From a bacterium (GTDB taxonomy: Bacteria > Synergistota > GBS-1): 64,000 nt of DNA. The stretch spans positions 90,327 through 154,326 of the forward strand of contig JASKLF010000005.1 of NCBI GenBank assembly GCA_030153785.1. The letters run 5' to 3'. The position numbers and the translations under genes were made by a program. Numbering within the stretch: the first letter of the stretch is position 1; each line of letters opens with the position of its first letter. The notes beneath the pieces are model-generated. The model had not been told where the DNA came from. It worked only from the letters and a program-made list of their open reading frames with translations, and searched no databases. Shown piece after piece: positions 8,712 through 18,908 of this stretch.

Positions 8712-9553
8712 GCCTCACCACGCCTTTTAAAGATGGAAAGAAATTCCTTTTCTCCCATGAGTCCCTCGGGTCTGAAGACCATAACCAATACTAATACCGC
8801 CCCGTATATGAGCATTCTATATTGGGAGATTGGTCTGAAAAACTCGGTTACAACTGTTATTATGCCTGTTCCAAGAATCGTTCCACTTAAAGACCCTAAT
8901 CCTCCGAAGACTACAACGGCTGTAAGCTCCGTAGATTTCAGTAGGTCAAACATGGTGGGTTGTAGGAAGGTCATGAACCCGGCGAACAAGCCTCCTGCGA
9001 TTCCGCAATAGAATGCCGATATGCATAGACTTATCACCCTGTATCTGGCGGTGTTGAAGCCCAACAAGGACGCTGCCAGGTAATCATCCCTGCATGCTTT
9101 AAAAGCCCTTCCATAGTTGCTTCTTAATATGTTCGATAGGATTAAGGTTAAAATCACAAAGAAGGTAAGTGCCACCGGTAGCGTGGTAAAACTTTCTATT
9201 CCTGGAAAGCCTCTTGCTCCTCTCGTTACCGGTTCCCAATTTTCTATTATTAGCCTTACGGTTTCTCCGAGACCAATAGATGCTATTGCGAAATAGTCCC
9301 CCATCAGCTTTAAAGTTGGTATCCCTATAAGATAGGCTATGGCAGTTGCAAGAAGCCCCCCAGCTATTACTGCCGGTAGCCAGTGAAGACCGTGTCTCAT
9401 GGTTAGTATTGCTGTGGTGTAGCCTCCTATTGCCATGTAGGCGGCATGTCCTAAGGTGAATATCCCTGTAAATCCTGTAAGCAAGCTTACTCCCATTGCC
9501 GCTATGGAGTTTATACACATCAGTATTATGATACCTTCAAGGTAGGCGAACAT
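8696..9553 (-). CDS. livM: Branched-chain amino acid ABC permease LivM
   Basis: LGHAAYMAIGGY, GDYFAI, VFGGLGS, RPEGL.G. Confidence 0.92.
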   Translation of the reverse strand: MFAYLEGIIILMCINSIAAMGVSLLTGFTGIFTLGHAAYMAIGGYTTAILTMRHGLHWLPAVIAGGLLATAIAYLIGIPTLKLMGDYFAIASIGLGETVRLIIENWEPVTRGARGFPGIESFTTLPVALTFFVILTLILSNILRSNYGRAFKACRDDYLAASLLGFNTARYRVISLCISAFYCGIAGGLFAGFMTFLQPTMFDLLKSTELTAVVVFGGLGSLSGTILGTGIITVVTEFFRPISQYRMLIYGAVLVLVMVFRPEGLMGEKEFLSIFKRRGEAWKNS

Positions 9554-9564
9554 CTCGTTCCCTC

Positions 9565-10443
9565 CTAAACCTTTTCTGAAGTTGCCTTTCCTAACAGCCC
9601 TGTGGGTTTAAATAGAAGCGTTAAGACGAGCAAGCCGAAGACTACCACATCTCTCATCTGGCTCGATATAAAGCCTGCGGTAAGCATCTCAGCGGTTCCC
9701 AGAATGAGAGAGCCTAAAACGGCTCCTCTTAAGGAGCCCAATCCGCCGACAACGGCGGCAACGAACGCCTTTATTGTGATAAAGCCAAGCTGTGGGTATA
9801 GGGTATACCTTACCGATAGAAATATACCGCTTATGGCTGCAAGCAACCCGGCCAAGAAGAAGACTATCGATATAAGCTTATTAACATTCACGCCCATTAG
9901 CCCTGCAACTCGGAGGTCGTATGCCGCTGCCCTTATAGCTAATCCCCACTTCGTTTTCTGCAGGAAAAATTCAAGGCCAGCCAGAAATAGAATTGTGATC
10001 ACGAAGACGAGGATATCGAAGGAGGAGATGGTCAGGTTTCCTATCCTTATAGGTTCTGTGGGTAAAACAGGTGGAAGCGCTCTAAACCTTCCTCCTGCAA
10101 AAATTACCCAAAAGTTTTCTATGACGATGCTCATTCCCATTGAGGCTATAAGAAGGTATAAAGTTATATTTGTTCTCTCCCTTATAGGTTTGTAAGCAAG
10201 CCTCTCTGTGGCTATGGCGGAAAGTCCGGCTCCGAGAAGCGCTATCAAGCTTGAAATCCAAATGTTGTTTCCCGTAGAGATTAAGGTATAGTAACATATA
10301 TATCCTCCGGTTACGAGGAATCCACCATGGGCAAAGTTAGAAAAAAGAAGAATTGAATATACCAAGGAATAGCCAACCGCTATCAGGGCATAGACCGATC
10401 CAAGGGAAAGACCGTTAATTAACTGCTGAATGAAGGCTTCCAA
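9565..10443 (-). CDS. livH: Branched-chain amino acid ABC permease LivH
   Basis: QQLINGLSLGSVYALIAVG, NFAHG, KAFVAAVVGG, KPTGLLG. Confidence 0.93.
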   Translation of the reverse strand: MEAFIQQLINGLSLGSVYALIAVGYSLVYSILLFSNFAHGGFLVTGGYICYYTLISTGNNIWISSLIALLGAGLSAIATERLAYKPIRERTNITLYLLIASMGMSIVIENFWVIFAGGRFRALPPVLPTEPIRIGNLTISSFDILVFVITILFLAGLEFFLQKTKWGLAIRAAAYDLRVAGLMGVNVNKLISIVFFLAGLLAAISGIFLSVRYTLYPQLGFITIKAFVAAVVGGLGSLRGAVLGSLILGTAEMLTAGFISSQMRDVVVFGLLVLTLLFKPTGLLGKATSEKV

Positions 10444-10469
10444 CCTCGCTTTTCACCTCCAGCTTGCGC

Positions 10470-10509
10470 TTAAAAGGCAGGGCCATTTTAAAATAACCCT
10501 GCCTTTTAA
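10470..10509 (-). terminator. Inverted repeat between livK and livH (terminator or mRNA-stabilising hairpin)
   Basis: TTAAAAGGCAGGG-N14-CCCTGCCTTTTAA. Confidence 0.7.
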
Positions 10510-10542
10510 AGTCACATTATATTATATCTTAAACTCATGTAT

Positions 10543-11697
10543 CTATTCCTCTTCCGGTCTTACTCTGTCGTAGAAAACCGCTTTTCCACCTTTGCAAAGA
10601 AGAATCACCGCATCCTTATTTAATGGGTCATGTGTGTTGGGGTCTATGGTTATGACGGCGTGAAGAAGTTTTAGGTTTTTGGTGTTTTCAAGGGCATCCC
10701 TTATGGCCTTGGGGTCAGCGGAGCCTGCCCTTCTTATGGCGTCAGCTAAAAGATACATGGCATCGTAAGCGAGGATTCCATTTACAAATTCTTTACACTC
10801 ATCGTTATATTTCTTTCTATACTTTTCGAAGAACGGCTGTAAGGCTGGGTCTTCTGGAGAAACATGGTTTACCCAATAACTTCCCTCGAGAGCATCTCCC
10901 GCTATGTCCCACATGAAATCGGCATATCCGTCTCCTCCCATGAACACTACATCTTTAATTCCAAGCTCCTTTGCTTGCTTTATGGTGAGGGCCATCTCCT
11001 TTCCCATATTGGGAAGGATTATAACATCGGGTTTTGCTTTTGCTATTTCTGTTAACTGGGCTCTAAAGTCCACATCTACGCCTCCGCGGAAGGCCAGGTC
11101 TGCCACAATTTCTCCTCCGTATCTCTTGTAGTTCTTGATAAAGAATTCACGAAGCCCTTGAGAGTAGTCACTGCTGACATCGTAGAGTATCGCGGCTTTC
11201 TTCAAGTTTAGCTTCTTGGCAGCATAGTAAGCCAACACCTTTCCTTGATAGGGGTCTGTGAAGCATATTCTGAAGGAATAGGGTCTTACCTTTCCGCTTT
11301 CATCTACCGTTACCCTGGGATTGGTAGAAACTGTTCCTATCTGTGGAATTCCAGCACGGTTAACAAGCGGAGCCACCGCTATGTTTACTCCTGAGGAGTT
11401 TGCTCCGACTATTGCTACCACCTTGTCCTGCTCAATCATTCTCCTCACAGCGTTAACTGCGTCTTCTTGGCGACTTCTGAAGTCATAGGGAACGAGCTCG
11501 ATTTTCATTCCTCCCGGTAATATGCCTGAAGCGTTAATCTCCTCAACTGCAAGCTGTGCCGCTTTAACCTCCGTTTGTCCGTAAGCTGCCCAGTCGCCCG
11601 TTAAAGCTGCTAAGTATCCCACTTTGACTACCGTCTCTGCGTTTGAAACTCCTACAAGCATTAGGGTTAAGCATATCGCTATCAAGAGCTTTTTCAC
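10543..11697 (-). CDS. livK: Branched-chain amino acid ABC substrate-binding protein (LivJ/LivK family)
   Basis: Signal peptide; LTG..A.YG, FRICFTDPYQG, DF.AQLT, GGDG, YDA..LL. Confidence 0.9.
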   Translation of the reverse strand: MKKLLIAICLTLMLVGVSNAETVVKVGYLAALTGDWAAYGQTEVKAAQLAVEEINASGILPGGMKIELVPYDFRSRQEDAVNAVRRMIEQDKVVAIVGANSSGVNIAVAPLVNRAGIPQIGTVSTNPRVTVDESGKVRPYSFRICFTDPYQGKVLAYYAAKKLNLKKAAILYDVSSDYSQGLREFFIKNYKRYGGEIVADLAFRGGVDVDFRAQLTEIAKAKPDVIILPNMGKEMALTIKQAKELGIKDVVFMGGDGYADFMWDIAGDALEGSYWVNHVSPEDPALQPFFEKYRKKYNDECKEFVNGILAYDAMYLLADAIRRAGSADPKAIRDALENTKNLKLLHAVITIDPNTHDPLNKDAVILLCKGGKAVFYDRVRPEEE

Positions 11698-11729
11698 TAA
11701 AAGCCACCTCCTTTAAAAAGATTAAATTG

Positions 11730-11773
11730 TTTACACCTCTTTTATTTTACGATAAAATATAGACTCGTGTAAA
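11730..11773. promoter_or_regulatory. Mirror-symmetric overlapping divergent promoters for livK (-) and the dehydratase (+)
   Basis: + strand TTTACA(11730)-N17-TAAAAT(11753); - strand TTTACA(11773)-N18-TAAAAT(11749). Confidence 0.6.
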
Positions 11774-11805
11774 GGTGTGTAGCTACATCGGGAGGTGTTT
11801 AGTTT

Positions 11806-12774
11806 ATGAACTGCGATATTAATGTAACTCCCTTTGACATTTTAAAGGCTTATAGATTTCTTAAGGATAAGGTGCTTGAAACTCCCTTAGAGAGAAGTGA
11901 GCCTTTGAGCAGGCTTGCAGGGGGAAATGTTTTCTTAAAGCTCGAAAACCTTCAGGTTTGTAGAAGCTTCAAAATAAGGGGTGCCTTGAATATAATGTTC
12001 AACCTTCCCCATGAATTGAGGAGGAAGGGTGTGGTGACCTGTTCGAGTGGGAATCACGCTCAAGGTGTGGCTATAGCTGCTCGTGAGCTTGGGATAAAAA
12101 GTGTTATAGTTGTTCCTCAGGATTGTCCCGAGACCAAAAAGGAAGCTATAAAGATGTTCGGCGGAGAGTGGGTAGATCTTGTGGAGCACGGCCACGGTTA
12201 CGATGAGGCCTATGTAGAGGCGGAGAGGATATCTAAGGAAGAGGGATTACCTTTTATTCCTCCAGGGGAACATAAGCTTGTTATGGCTGGTGCTGGGACT
12301 ATAGGATACGAGGTAATGAAGGAAAATCCCGAGGTTGATGCAATGCTTATCCCTGCTGGTTCCGGCGGATTGATGCTTGGCATAGCTACTATAGTTAAGG
12401 CTATGTCCCCGAGGGTTAAGATATATGGGGTTCAAAGTGAGGCGTCTCCACCTTGGTATTATTCTTGGCAGGCTGGAAGATTGGTTGATGTAGAATATAA
12501 GCCAAGCCTTTCTGAGGGTACGTGGGGGAGCATTAAAAGATGCATGCTTGAGTTTGCAAGAGACAAGGTGGATGGCTTCATCCTGGTTTCTGAGGAAGAT
12601 ATAAGAGATGCTATAGCCTTTTCTGTCAAGAAGCTCCATATTTTGGTTGAGGGAGCTGGTGCCCTGGGGATAGCAGCCGTTCTTTCAGGCAAGTTCGATG
12701 TTAAAGGAGGAAACGTGGTTCTCATTGTAAGCGGGGGGAATATCGAAGGAGAGGTTTTAAAGAGGATATTATGA
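11806..12774 (+). CDS. PLP-dependent threonine/serine dehydratase family enzyme without regulatory ACT domain
   Basis: KLENLQ..RSFKIRGA (PLP Lys), SSGNHAQG, PAGSGG, EGAGA, SGGN. Confidence 0.88.
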   Translation: MNCDINVTPFDILKAYRFLKDKVLETPLERSEPLSRLAGGNVFLKLENLQVCRSFKIRGALNIMFNLPHELRRKGVVTCSSGNHAQGVAIAARELGIKSVIVVPQDCPETKKEAIKMFGGEWVDLVEHGHGYDEAYVEAERISKEEGLPFIPPGEHKLVMAGAGTIGYEVMKENPEVDAMLIPAGSGGLMLGIATIVKAMSPRVKIYGVQSEASPPWYYSWQAGRLVDVEYKPSLSEGTWGSIKRCMLEFARDKVDGFILVSEEDIRDAIAFSVKKLHILVEGAGALGIAAVLSGKFDVKGGNVVLIVSGGNIEGEVLKRIL

Positions 12775-12787
12775 GGGTATAAGGTAA

Positions 12788-12816
12788 TTGACAGGGGTTA
12801 CCCTCCGTTGTAAAAT
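12788..12816 (+). promoter_or_regulatory. Sigma70-type promoter of cysE-cysK
   Basis: TTGACA-N17-TAAAAT. Confidence 0.75.
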
Positions 12817-12870
12817 GAATACCAATATCAGCTTAATTAAATCAAAGCGGGAGGTGTTCTTTCTTATGGG

Positions 12871-13521
12871 GTGCGTCGTTTTGTCGAAACCATAAAGGCG
12901 GATTTTAAGGCTATCAGGGAAAGGGACCCTGCTCTTCCTCGAGGTTTCCTCGGGATTCTGGAAGCCCTCTTGTGCTACCCCGGATTTCATGCCATATTCT
13001 GCCACAGATTTATACATTTACTTCACGCAAAGCTTAAAGTTCCCTTTCTTCCTCGTTTACTCTCTCAGATCGTTCGTTTCCTTACAGGCATAGAGATTCA
13101 TCCTGGTGCTAAGATAGGCAAGGGGTTTTTCATTGACCATGGCATGGGAGTCGTTATAGGTGAGACGGCCGAGATTGGCGATAACGTTACCCTTTACCAT
13201 GGTGTTACTCTTGGAGGAACGGGTAAGGAGAAGGGTAAGAGGCATCCGACCATTGAAGATGGAGTTGTTGTGGGGGCTGGTGCGAAGGTCTTAGGAAACA
13301 TAAGAATCGGAAGAAACTCTCGCATTGGAGCTGGAAGTGTGGTTTTAAAGGATGTCCCGCCCAATAGCACTGTAGTAGGTGTTCCCGGTGTTGTAGTTAA
13401 GATAGAGGATGAAAAGGTAGCTTTCCCTTCTTTGAATTCCAGGGTGGAGGAGCTTGAAAAAAGGGTTGCTTATCTTGAGAGCCTTCTTTTAAGCCGGGTT
13501 CGAGGAGGTGAATCCCTGTGA
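12871..13521 (+). CDS. cysE: Serine O-acetyltransferase
   Basis: [47 protein letters not shown]. Start codon uncertain (see findings). Confidence 0.95.
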   Translation: MRRFVETIKADFKAIRERDPALPRGFLGILEALLCYPGFHAIFCHRFIHLLHAKLKVPFLPRLLSQIVRFLTGIEIHPGAKIGKGFFIDHGMGVVIGETAEIGDNVTLYHGVTLGGTGKEKGKRHPTIEDGVVVGAGAKVLGNIRIGRNSRIGAGSVVLKDVPPNSTVVGVPGVVVKIEDEKVAFPSLNSRVEELEKRVAYLESLLLSRVRGGESL

Positions 13522-14414
13522 ATGCTCTTTTAAGCGCCGTCGGAAACACGCCGTTAATCAGGCTTAACTATTTTTCCGGCGAGGTAGAGATATATGCCAA
13601 GCTGGAAGGACATAATCCTGGTGGAAGTGTGAAAGATAGACCGGCACTTTTCATGTTTCTCGATGCGCTGAGGAGGGGGGCTATAGACGGTAAGCGCGGT
13701 ATAGTTGAGCCTACTTCCGGAAATACGGGGATCGCGCTTTCCATGTTGTGTGCCTATTACCATATACCTTGCGTATTGGTAATGCCCGAGAGCATGAGTG
13801 TAGAAAGAAGAGCGCTTCTTTCCCTTTATGGTGCGGAAATAGTTTTGACTCCAGCGAAGGATGGCATGAGAGGGGCTATAGAGGAGGCCAAAAGGATATC
13901 CTTGGAGAGAGGTTTTTTTATGCCGGACCAGTTTTCTAACCCTGAGAATGTCAAAGCTCATTTTTTGACCACCGGTCCTGAAATATTGGCTCAGATGAGC
14001 TATTCCAAGATAGATGCCTTTGTAGCGGGTATAGGCACTGGGGGAACGATAACGGGGGTTGGAAGGGTTTTGAAATCCTTCTATCCAGATGTTAGGGTAG
14101 TAGGGGTTGAGCCATCATCTTCAAGTGTTCTTTCTGGTGGCTCTCCTGGCCCTCACAAGATTCAGGGGATAGGGGCGGGATTCATCCCTCCCATTTTAGA
14201 TAGATCCCTTTTAGATGAGATAATAAGAGTGGACGATGAGGAGGCTTTGGAGCTGGCAAAGCTCCTTCCCAAGAAGGAAGGGATTTCGGTGGGAATATCC
14301 TCTGGCGCTAACCTTAGCGCTTCTCTTAAGATTGCGAAAAGTTTTTCGCCCGGCTCTAAAATAGTTACCGTCTTCCCCGATAGGGCTGACAAATATATTT
14401 CTGTTTTGCTTTGA
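13518..14414 (+). CDS. cysK: Cysteine synthase (O-acetylserine sulfhydrylase)
   Basis: [34 protein letters not shown]. Confidence 0.95.
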   Translation: MNALLSAVGNTPLIRLNYFSGEVEIYAKLEGHNPGGSVKDRPALFMFLDALRRGAIDGKRGIVEPTSGNTGIALSMLCAYYHIPCVLVMPESMSVERRALLSLYGAEIVLTPAKDGMRGAIEEAKRISLERGFFMPDQFSNPENVKAHFLTTGPEILAQMSYSKIDAFVAGIGTGGTITGVGRVLKSFYPDVRVVGVEPSSSSVLSGGSPGPHKIQGIGAGFIPPILDRSLLDEIIRVDDEEALELAKLLPKKEGISVGISSGANLSASLKIAKSFSPGSKIVTVFPDRADKYISVLL

Positions 14415-14417
14415 CCC

Positions 14418-14452
14418 TTAAAGGGGGCTTTTTAAAGCCCCCTTTAATTTTT
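14418..14452 (+). terminator. Intrinsic terminator after cysK
   Basis: TTAAAGGGGGCTTT-TT-AAAGCCCCCTTTAA followed by a T run. Confidence 0.85.
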
Positions 14453-14457
14453 GGTTA

Positions 14458-14486
14458 TTGACAGTTTTCCTCTTTAGGTTTATAAT
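14458..14486 (+). promoter_or_regulatory. Consensus sigma70 promoter of the ylxM-ffh-rpsP operon
   Basis: Perfect TTGACA-N17-TATAAT. Confidence 0.85.
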
Positions 14487-14524
14487 CTACTTCGCTTTGT
14501 AAACTATTTTAGGTTAACAGGTAA

Positions 14525-14896
14525 GTGATGAAGGTGGATCGCTTTTTCGTTTGCTTGCTGATAGACTTTTATGGGGGGTTGTTGACCCCAAATCAAAGGG
14601 AGATAATGAAGCTTTATTATGAAGATGACCTTTCTTTAGGGGAAATAGCGGAGGAGTTTGGTATAAGCAGACAGGCTGTTTACTACACCCTTAAAAGGGG
14701 GTTAAACAGGCTTAAAAGGATAGAGGAGAAGCTTGGCTTGGTTAAGAGATTTATCGAACATTTTACTCTCTTCGAAGAGATTAAGAGGGAAATAGATGCG
14801 GTTTTAAACGGCCTTCCCTACGAGAGCAGGGTTAAGCTTGAGGCGATTCTCGGAAAGATAGATGGTTTAATAGAACGGGGGGATTTGCTTGTTTGA
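14525..14896 (+). CDS. ylxM: YlxM (UPF0122) SRP-associated protein
   Basis: L.DFYG.LLT..Q, YYEDDLSLGEIAE, SRQAVY; immediately upstream of ffh. Confidence 0.93.
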   Translation: MMKVDRFFVCLLIDFYGGLLTPNQREIMKLYYEDDLSLGEIAEEFGISRQAVYYTLKRGLNRLKRIEEKLGLVKRFIEHFTLFEEIKREIDAVLNGLPYESRVKLEAILGKIDGLIERGDLLV

Positions 14897-16205
14897 GAAG
14901 CTGAGAGAGAGATTCGAGGGAGTAATCTCTCTTTTGCGAAAGAAGGGTAAGCTTTCCGAGGAAGATGTGGATGCCGTCTTACGGCAGGTAAGGCTTGCAC
15001 TTCTTGAGGCGGATGTTCATTATAAGGTGGTCAAGGATCTTCTAAGCAAGGTTAAGGAGAGGGCATTGACTCAGGATGTCTTATCAAGTATTAGCCCCGC
15101 TGACCAGATTTTAAAGATACTTTATGAGGAGCTTGTAAATATTATGAAGGGAGGCCATTCGAGATTAAGCTTTTCTTCCGAAATTCCCTCCCTTTTTATG
15201 CTTGTTGGCCTTCAGGGTTCTGGTAAGACCACTACAGCTGTTAAAATCGCCAATCTCCTTAAGAAAGAGGGGAAAAAGGTCATTTTGGTGGCGGCAGATG
15301 TAAAGAGGCCTGCAGCGAAAGAACAGCTTGAGGTTTTGGCTAAGAATGTTGGTGTTCAGGTAGTCAGCGGTAGGACACCTTTTGAAGCGGTTGAAGAAGG
15401 GGTAAGGGTTGCCAAAGAGAGATTTTGCGAAGCTTTAATAGTGGATTCTGCCGGAAGGCTACATGTGGATGAAGAGATGCTTGCGGAGCTAAAGGAGCTT
15501 TCAGAGCGTTTTAACTTTCAAGAAGTCTTACTTGTAGTTGATTCTATGATGGGGCAGGAGGCTTTAAGGGTTGGTAGCTCTTTTGCCGATGTTGTTAATT
15601 TAACGGGTGTTGTCTTAACCAAGCTTGATGGGGATTCAAGAGGCGGAGCTGCCTTATCTATAGCTCATGTTCTTGGCAAGCCTATAAAGTTCGTGGGCGT
15701 TGGTGAGAGAATAGAGGATATTGAGCCTTTCTACCCCGATAGAATTGTGTCAAGGATTCTTGGAATGGGTGATGTGGCTACTTTGGTTGAGAAGGTTTCC
15801 TTAGCGATCGAGAAGGAGAAAGCTAAGGAGATTGCGAAGAAGCTTAAGAAGGCAGAGTTTACCATGGAGGACCTCCTTGAGCAATTGAGGCAGATGAGAA
15901 ACATAGGGCCCTTAGACCAGCTTCTTGACATGATTCCCGGGTTTTCCAGGGTCAAGAAAAAACTTGGTGATGTAACCATTGACGAGAGAGAGCTTAAACA
16001 CATAGAGGCTATTATACTTTCTATGACGCCAGAGGAGAGGAGAAGGCCAGAGATAATAAAGGGAAGTAGGAAGAGGAGAATTGCTATGGGAAGCGGAACA
16101 TCGGTTCAGCTTGTTAATCAGGTCTTAAAGCAATATTGGGAGATGAAGGAGATGATGAAAAAGATATCTAAAGGTGGAGGAAAGATAAAGTTCCCATTTT
16201 TCTAA
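14889..16205 (+). CDS. ffh: Signal recognition particle protein Ffh
   Basis: ALLEADV, GLQGSGKTT, DSAGR, TKLDGD.RGGAALS, Met-rich M domain with SR..RIA.GSG. Confidence 0.97.
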   Translation: MFEKLRERFEGVISLLRKKGKLSEEDVDAVLRQVRLALLEADVHYKVVKDLLSKVKERALTQDVLSSISPADQILKILYEELVNIMKGGHSRLSFSSEIPSLFMLVGLQGSGKTTTAVKIANLLKKEGKKVILVAADVKRPAAKEQLEVLAKNVGVQVVSGRTPFEAVEEGVRVAKERFCEALIVDSAGRLHVDEEMLAELKELSERFNFQEVLLVVDSMMGQEALRVGSSFADVVNLTGVVLTKLDGDSRGGAALSIAHVLGKPIKFVGVGERIEDIEPFYPDRIVSRILGMGDVATLVEKVSLAIEKEKAKEIAKKLKKAEFTMEDLLEQLRQMRNIGPLDQLLDMIPGFSRVKKKLGDVTIDERELKHIEAIILSMTPEERRRPEIIKGSRKRRIAMGSGTSVQLVNQVLKQYWEMKEMMKKISKGGGKIKFPFF

Positions 16206-16241
16206 GTCTAAGTGTAGAAGTCTTTAAGGAGGTGTCTTTTA

Positions 16242-16580
16242 GTGGTTAGGATTCGCCTTACGAGAATGGGCAAAAAGAAAAAGCCTTTTTATCGCTTGGT
16301 GGTTGCGGATTCAAGGGCGCCGAGGGATGGTAAGTTTATAGAGGTTATTGGGTATTACAATCCATTGCCTGAACCTCCCGTTATAAAGGTGAACGAGGAA
16401 AGAGCGTTGTTATGGTTGGAACGGGGAGCACAACCATCGGATACGGCTAAAAGCTTGCTATCTAAGGTGGGTGTTTGGGACAAGTTCTGTCAGATGAAAG
16501 AAGCTCGTAGGAAGGCGAAGGCCTCTGGGGGTGTAGTGGGTGAAGGATCTAATAGCCTTTCTGGTGAAGTCTCTGGTTGA
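16242..16580 (+). CDS. rpsP: 30S ribosomal protein S16
   Basis: [32 protein letters not shown]. Confidence 0.97.
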   Translation: MVRIRLTRMGKKKKPFYRLVVADSRAPRDGKFIEVIGYYNPLPEPPVIKVNEERALLWLERGAQPSDTAKSLLSKVGVWDKFCQMKEARRKAKASGGVVGEGSNSLSGEVSG

Positions 16581-16779
16581 TCATCCTGACAAGGTTGAGG
16601 TGAAAGCCTTAGAGGGAAAGAAAGCCATCCTTGTGGAAGTTTCGGTTAAGAAGGACGACATGGGCAAGGTCATCGGAAGAAGGGGACGGCTTATAAAAGC
16701 CATAAGGGAGTTATCTCGAGCTGCCGGGATAAAGGTTAAGAAGAAGGTCATGGTGGAGCTTTTAAGTTTGGAAGAATGA
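16540..16779 (+). CDS. khpA: KH-domain RNA-binding protein KhpA (YlqC)
   Basis: [19 protein letters not shown]; located between rpsP and rimM. Confidence 0.92.
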   Translation: MKDLIAFLVKSLVDHPDKVEVKALEGKKAILVEVSVKKDDMGKVIGRRGRLIKAIRELSRAAGIKVKKKVMVELLSLEE

Positions 16780-17291
16780 GAAGGCGTAAGCTCATAACCG
16801 TGGGGAAGGTTGTTGGAGCTCATGGAGTAAAGGGTGTGCTGAAGGTTTTCTCTATGACCGATTTCCCCGAACGGTTGGAAGAAAGAAAAAGGGTTGTCTT
16901 TTACGATGAAGAGGATAATGTGGTTTTCGAAGGGGATTTAGAAAGCTTTTCTATGGAAGGTTCCATTTTTATGATGAAGGTTAAAGGCTGTGAGACAAGG
17001 GAGATGGCAGAGAGGTTGGTAGGCTCCTTCATAAAGGTGAAAGAGGAGGAGCTTCCCCCCTTGGGTGAGGGAGAGTATTATTTCCATCAGATAATAGGCC
17101 TTAAGGTTTATACTCGGGAAGGAAGGTTCTTGGGAAGGGTCGTGGATATATTGAAAACGGGAGCCAACGACGTTTTTCACGTTAAGGGAGAAAGGGAGTA
17201 TATGATACCCGCTCTTAAAAGCGTTGTTAAGGAGATTGATCTTAAAAGGGGTGTAATGATAATAGTTCCGATGGAGGGCTTGTTGGATTGA
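16776..17291 (+). CDS. rimM: Ribosome maturation factor RimM
   Basis: VG.HGVKG, EYY.HQIIGL, TGANDV, IPA; conserved synteny. Confidence 0.95.
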   Translation: MRRRKLITVGKVVGAHGVKGVLKVFSMTDFPERLEERKRVVFYDEEDNVVFEGDLESFSMEGSIFMMKVKGCETREMAERLVGSFIKVKEEELPPLGEGEYYFHQIIGLKVYTREGRFLGRVVDILKTGANDVFHVKGEREYMIPALKSVVKEIDLKRGVMIIVPMEGLLD

Positions 17292-18532
17292 GAGTAGATG
17301 TAGTTACGCTTTTCCCTGAGATGTTTGATAGCTTTATAAGCTGTAGCATAATAAAGCGGGCTATAAATAAGGGGCTATTGGAAGTCCATTTTCACAATCC
17401 GAGAGATTTCGCTACAGACAAGCATAAAACCGTAGATGATTATCCCTATGGTGGCGGTGGTGGCATGCTTCTTAAGGTCGAGCCCTTCTGGCGGGCTATA
17501 AAAAATGTGCCGGGGAGTCCCTATCGTATTCTTCTCTCCCCACAGGGACGCGTTTTTAACCAGGATTTGGCGAAGGAGCTCTCTTCAAGAGACCATCTCC
17601 TTCTGGTTTGTGGGCACTATGAAGGAATAGATGAGAGGATTATGGAGCTTATAGATGAGGAGATATCCGTGGGGGATTATGTTTTGACGGGTGGAGAGCT
17701 ACCAGCGATGATTATAATCGATGCGGTTACAAGGCTTATTCCTGGGGTTTTAGGGTGCGAAGATTCTCCCAAGCGGGATTCTTTTTACGATGGAATTCTG
17801 GATTTTCCTCACTATACGAAACCTCGAGAGTTTGAGGGGCTAAGCGTTCCAGAAGTCCTCCTTTCTGGAGACCATGGTGAAGTTGAGAGGTGGAGGAAGC
17901 GGGAAGCTTTAAATAGGACTTACAAGAGGAGGCCAGAGCTAATAGAAAAGGTGTCCTTGCGTAAGTATATGGATAAGGGGGCCTATGTAGGACTCGTTCA
18001 CTATCCCGTTTATAATCATCATCGGGAGATTATAACTACCACTGTGGCGAACTTGGATATCCATGATATTTCAAGGTGCTGTAGAACTTACGGAGTTAAG
18101 GCCTTCTATATAATAACACCTATCCAGGCGCAAAGAGAGAATGTAAAGAGAATAGTTGAACATTGGACTAAGGGAGTGGGGTCGATGCTTAACCCTGATA
18201 GAAAGGAAGCTTTGGAAAGGGTGAAAGTTTCTCCCTCTATAGAGGAAACCGTAAGAAGAATCGAGGAAAGGGAAAAGGTTGAACCCATTGTGGTTGCAAC
18301 GAGCGCACGCCCATCTTCGAGGATGATATCATTTAGAGAGCTTAAATGGAAAGTTTTGCTTGAAGATAGGCCACTTTTTATCCTATTTGGAACGGGATGG
18401 GGGTTAGCAGAGGAGGTAAAAAGCTGGGCTGATTATCAGCTCGAGCCTATAGAGTGGAAGGGAGATTACAATCATCTTTCTGTGAGGGGAGCTGTAGCCA
18501 TAATCTTAGATAGACTTTTTAGGAGTGTGTAG
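17288..18532 (+). CDS. trmD: tRNA (m1G37) methyltransferase TrmD fused to a C-terminal TM1570-like SPOUT methyltransferase domain
   Basis: N-terminal [37 protein letters not shown]-terminal [15 protein letters not shown]...TYG, FGTGWGL, YNHLSVR.A.AIILDRL. Confidence 0.93.
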   Translation: MRVDVVTLFPEMFDSFISCSIIKRAINKGLLEVHFHNPRDFATDKHKTVDDYPYGGGGGMLLKVEPFWRAIKNVPGSPYRILLSPQGRVFNQDLAKELSSRDHLLLVCGHYEGIDERIMELIDEEISVGDYVLTGGELPAMIIIDAVTRLIPGVLGCEDSPKRDSFYDGILDFPHYTKPREFEGLSVPEVLLSGDHGEVERWRKREALNRTYKRRPELIEKVSLRKYMDKGAYVGLVHYPVYNHHREIITTTVANLDIHDISRCCRTYGVKAFYIITPIQAQRENVKRIVEHWTKGVGSMLNPDRKEALERVKVSPSIEETVRRIEEREKVEPIVVATSARPSSRMISFRELKWKVLLEDRPLFILFGTGWGLAEEVKSWADYQLEPIEWKGDYNHLSVRGAVAIILDRLFRSV

Positions 18533-18545
18533 GGAGGTGTTAGTT

Positions 18546-18893
18546 ATGGATCCTATTATAAGAGAGATAGAGAGGGAGTATATGAGGAAAGATATCCCCG
18601 ATTTTAGACCTGGTGACACCGTTAGGGTTCATCTTAAGGTTGAAGAGGGAGGAAAGGAAAGGGTTCAGGTTTTCGAAGGGGTAGTTATAGCTCGCTGTGG
18701 TGGTGGCTTGAGAGAGACGTTTACCGTTAGAAAGGTTTCTGGAGGAGTGGGCGTAGAGCGAATCTTTCCATTGCATTCTCCTTCGATAGAGAAAATAGAG
18801 GTAGTGAGGAGAGGGGTAGCGAGAAGGGCCAAGCTTTATTACTTGAGGGAGAGGGTAGGAAAATCGGCACGCCTTAGGGAAAGAAGAGTCTAA
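18546..18893 (+). CDS. rplS: 50S ribosomal protein L19
   Basis: [40 protein letters not shown] 18546 follows GGAGG. Confidence 0.97.
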   Translation: MDPIIREIEREYMRKDIPDFRPGDTVRVHLKVEEGGKERVQVFEGVVIARCGGGLRETFTVRKVSGGVGVERIFPLHSPSIEKIEVVRRGVARRAKLYYLRERVGKSARLRERRV

Positions 18894-18908
18894 ATAAAGG
18901 GGTCTTAA

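Noticed and set aside
11743..11759. CodY box in the livK/dehydratase spacer
   Set aside because: About 6 mismatches to the consensus; the dyad is better explained by two overlapping -10 elements.
12817..12850. T-box or CymR/Rrf2 operator ahead of cysE
   Set aside because: The leader is only about 45 nt with no T-box sequence, and the resemblance to Rrf2 boxes is too weak.
16540..16580. Functional C-terminal extension of S16
   Set aside because: The tail is the 41-nt overlap with khpA; such overlaps are frequent in this compact region.
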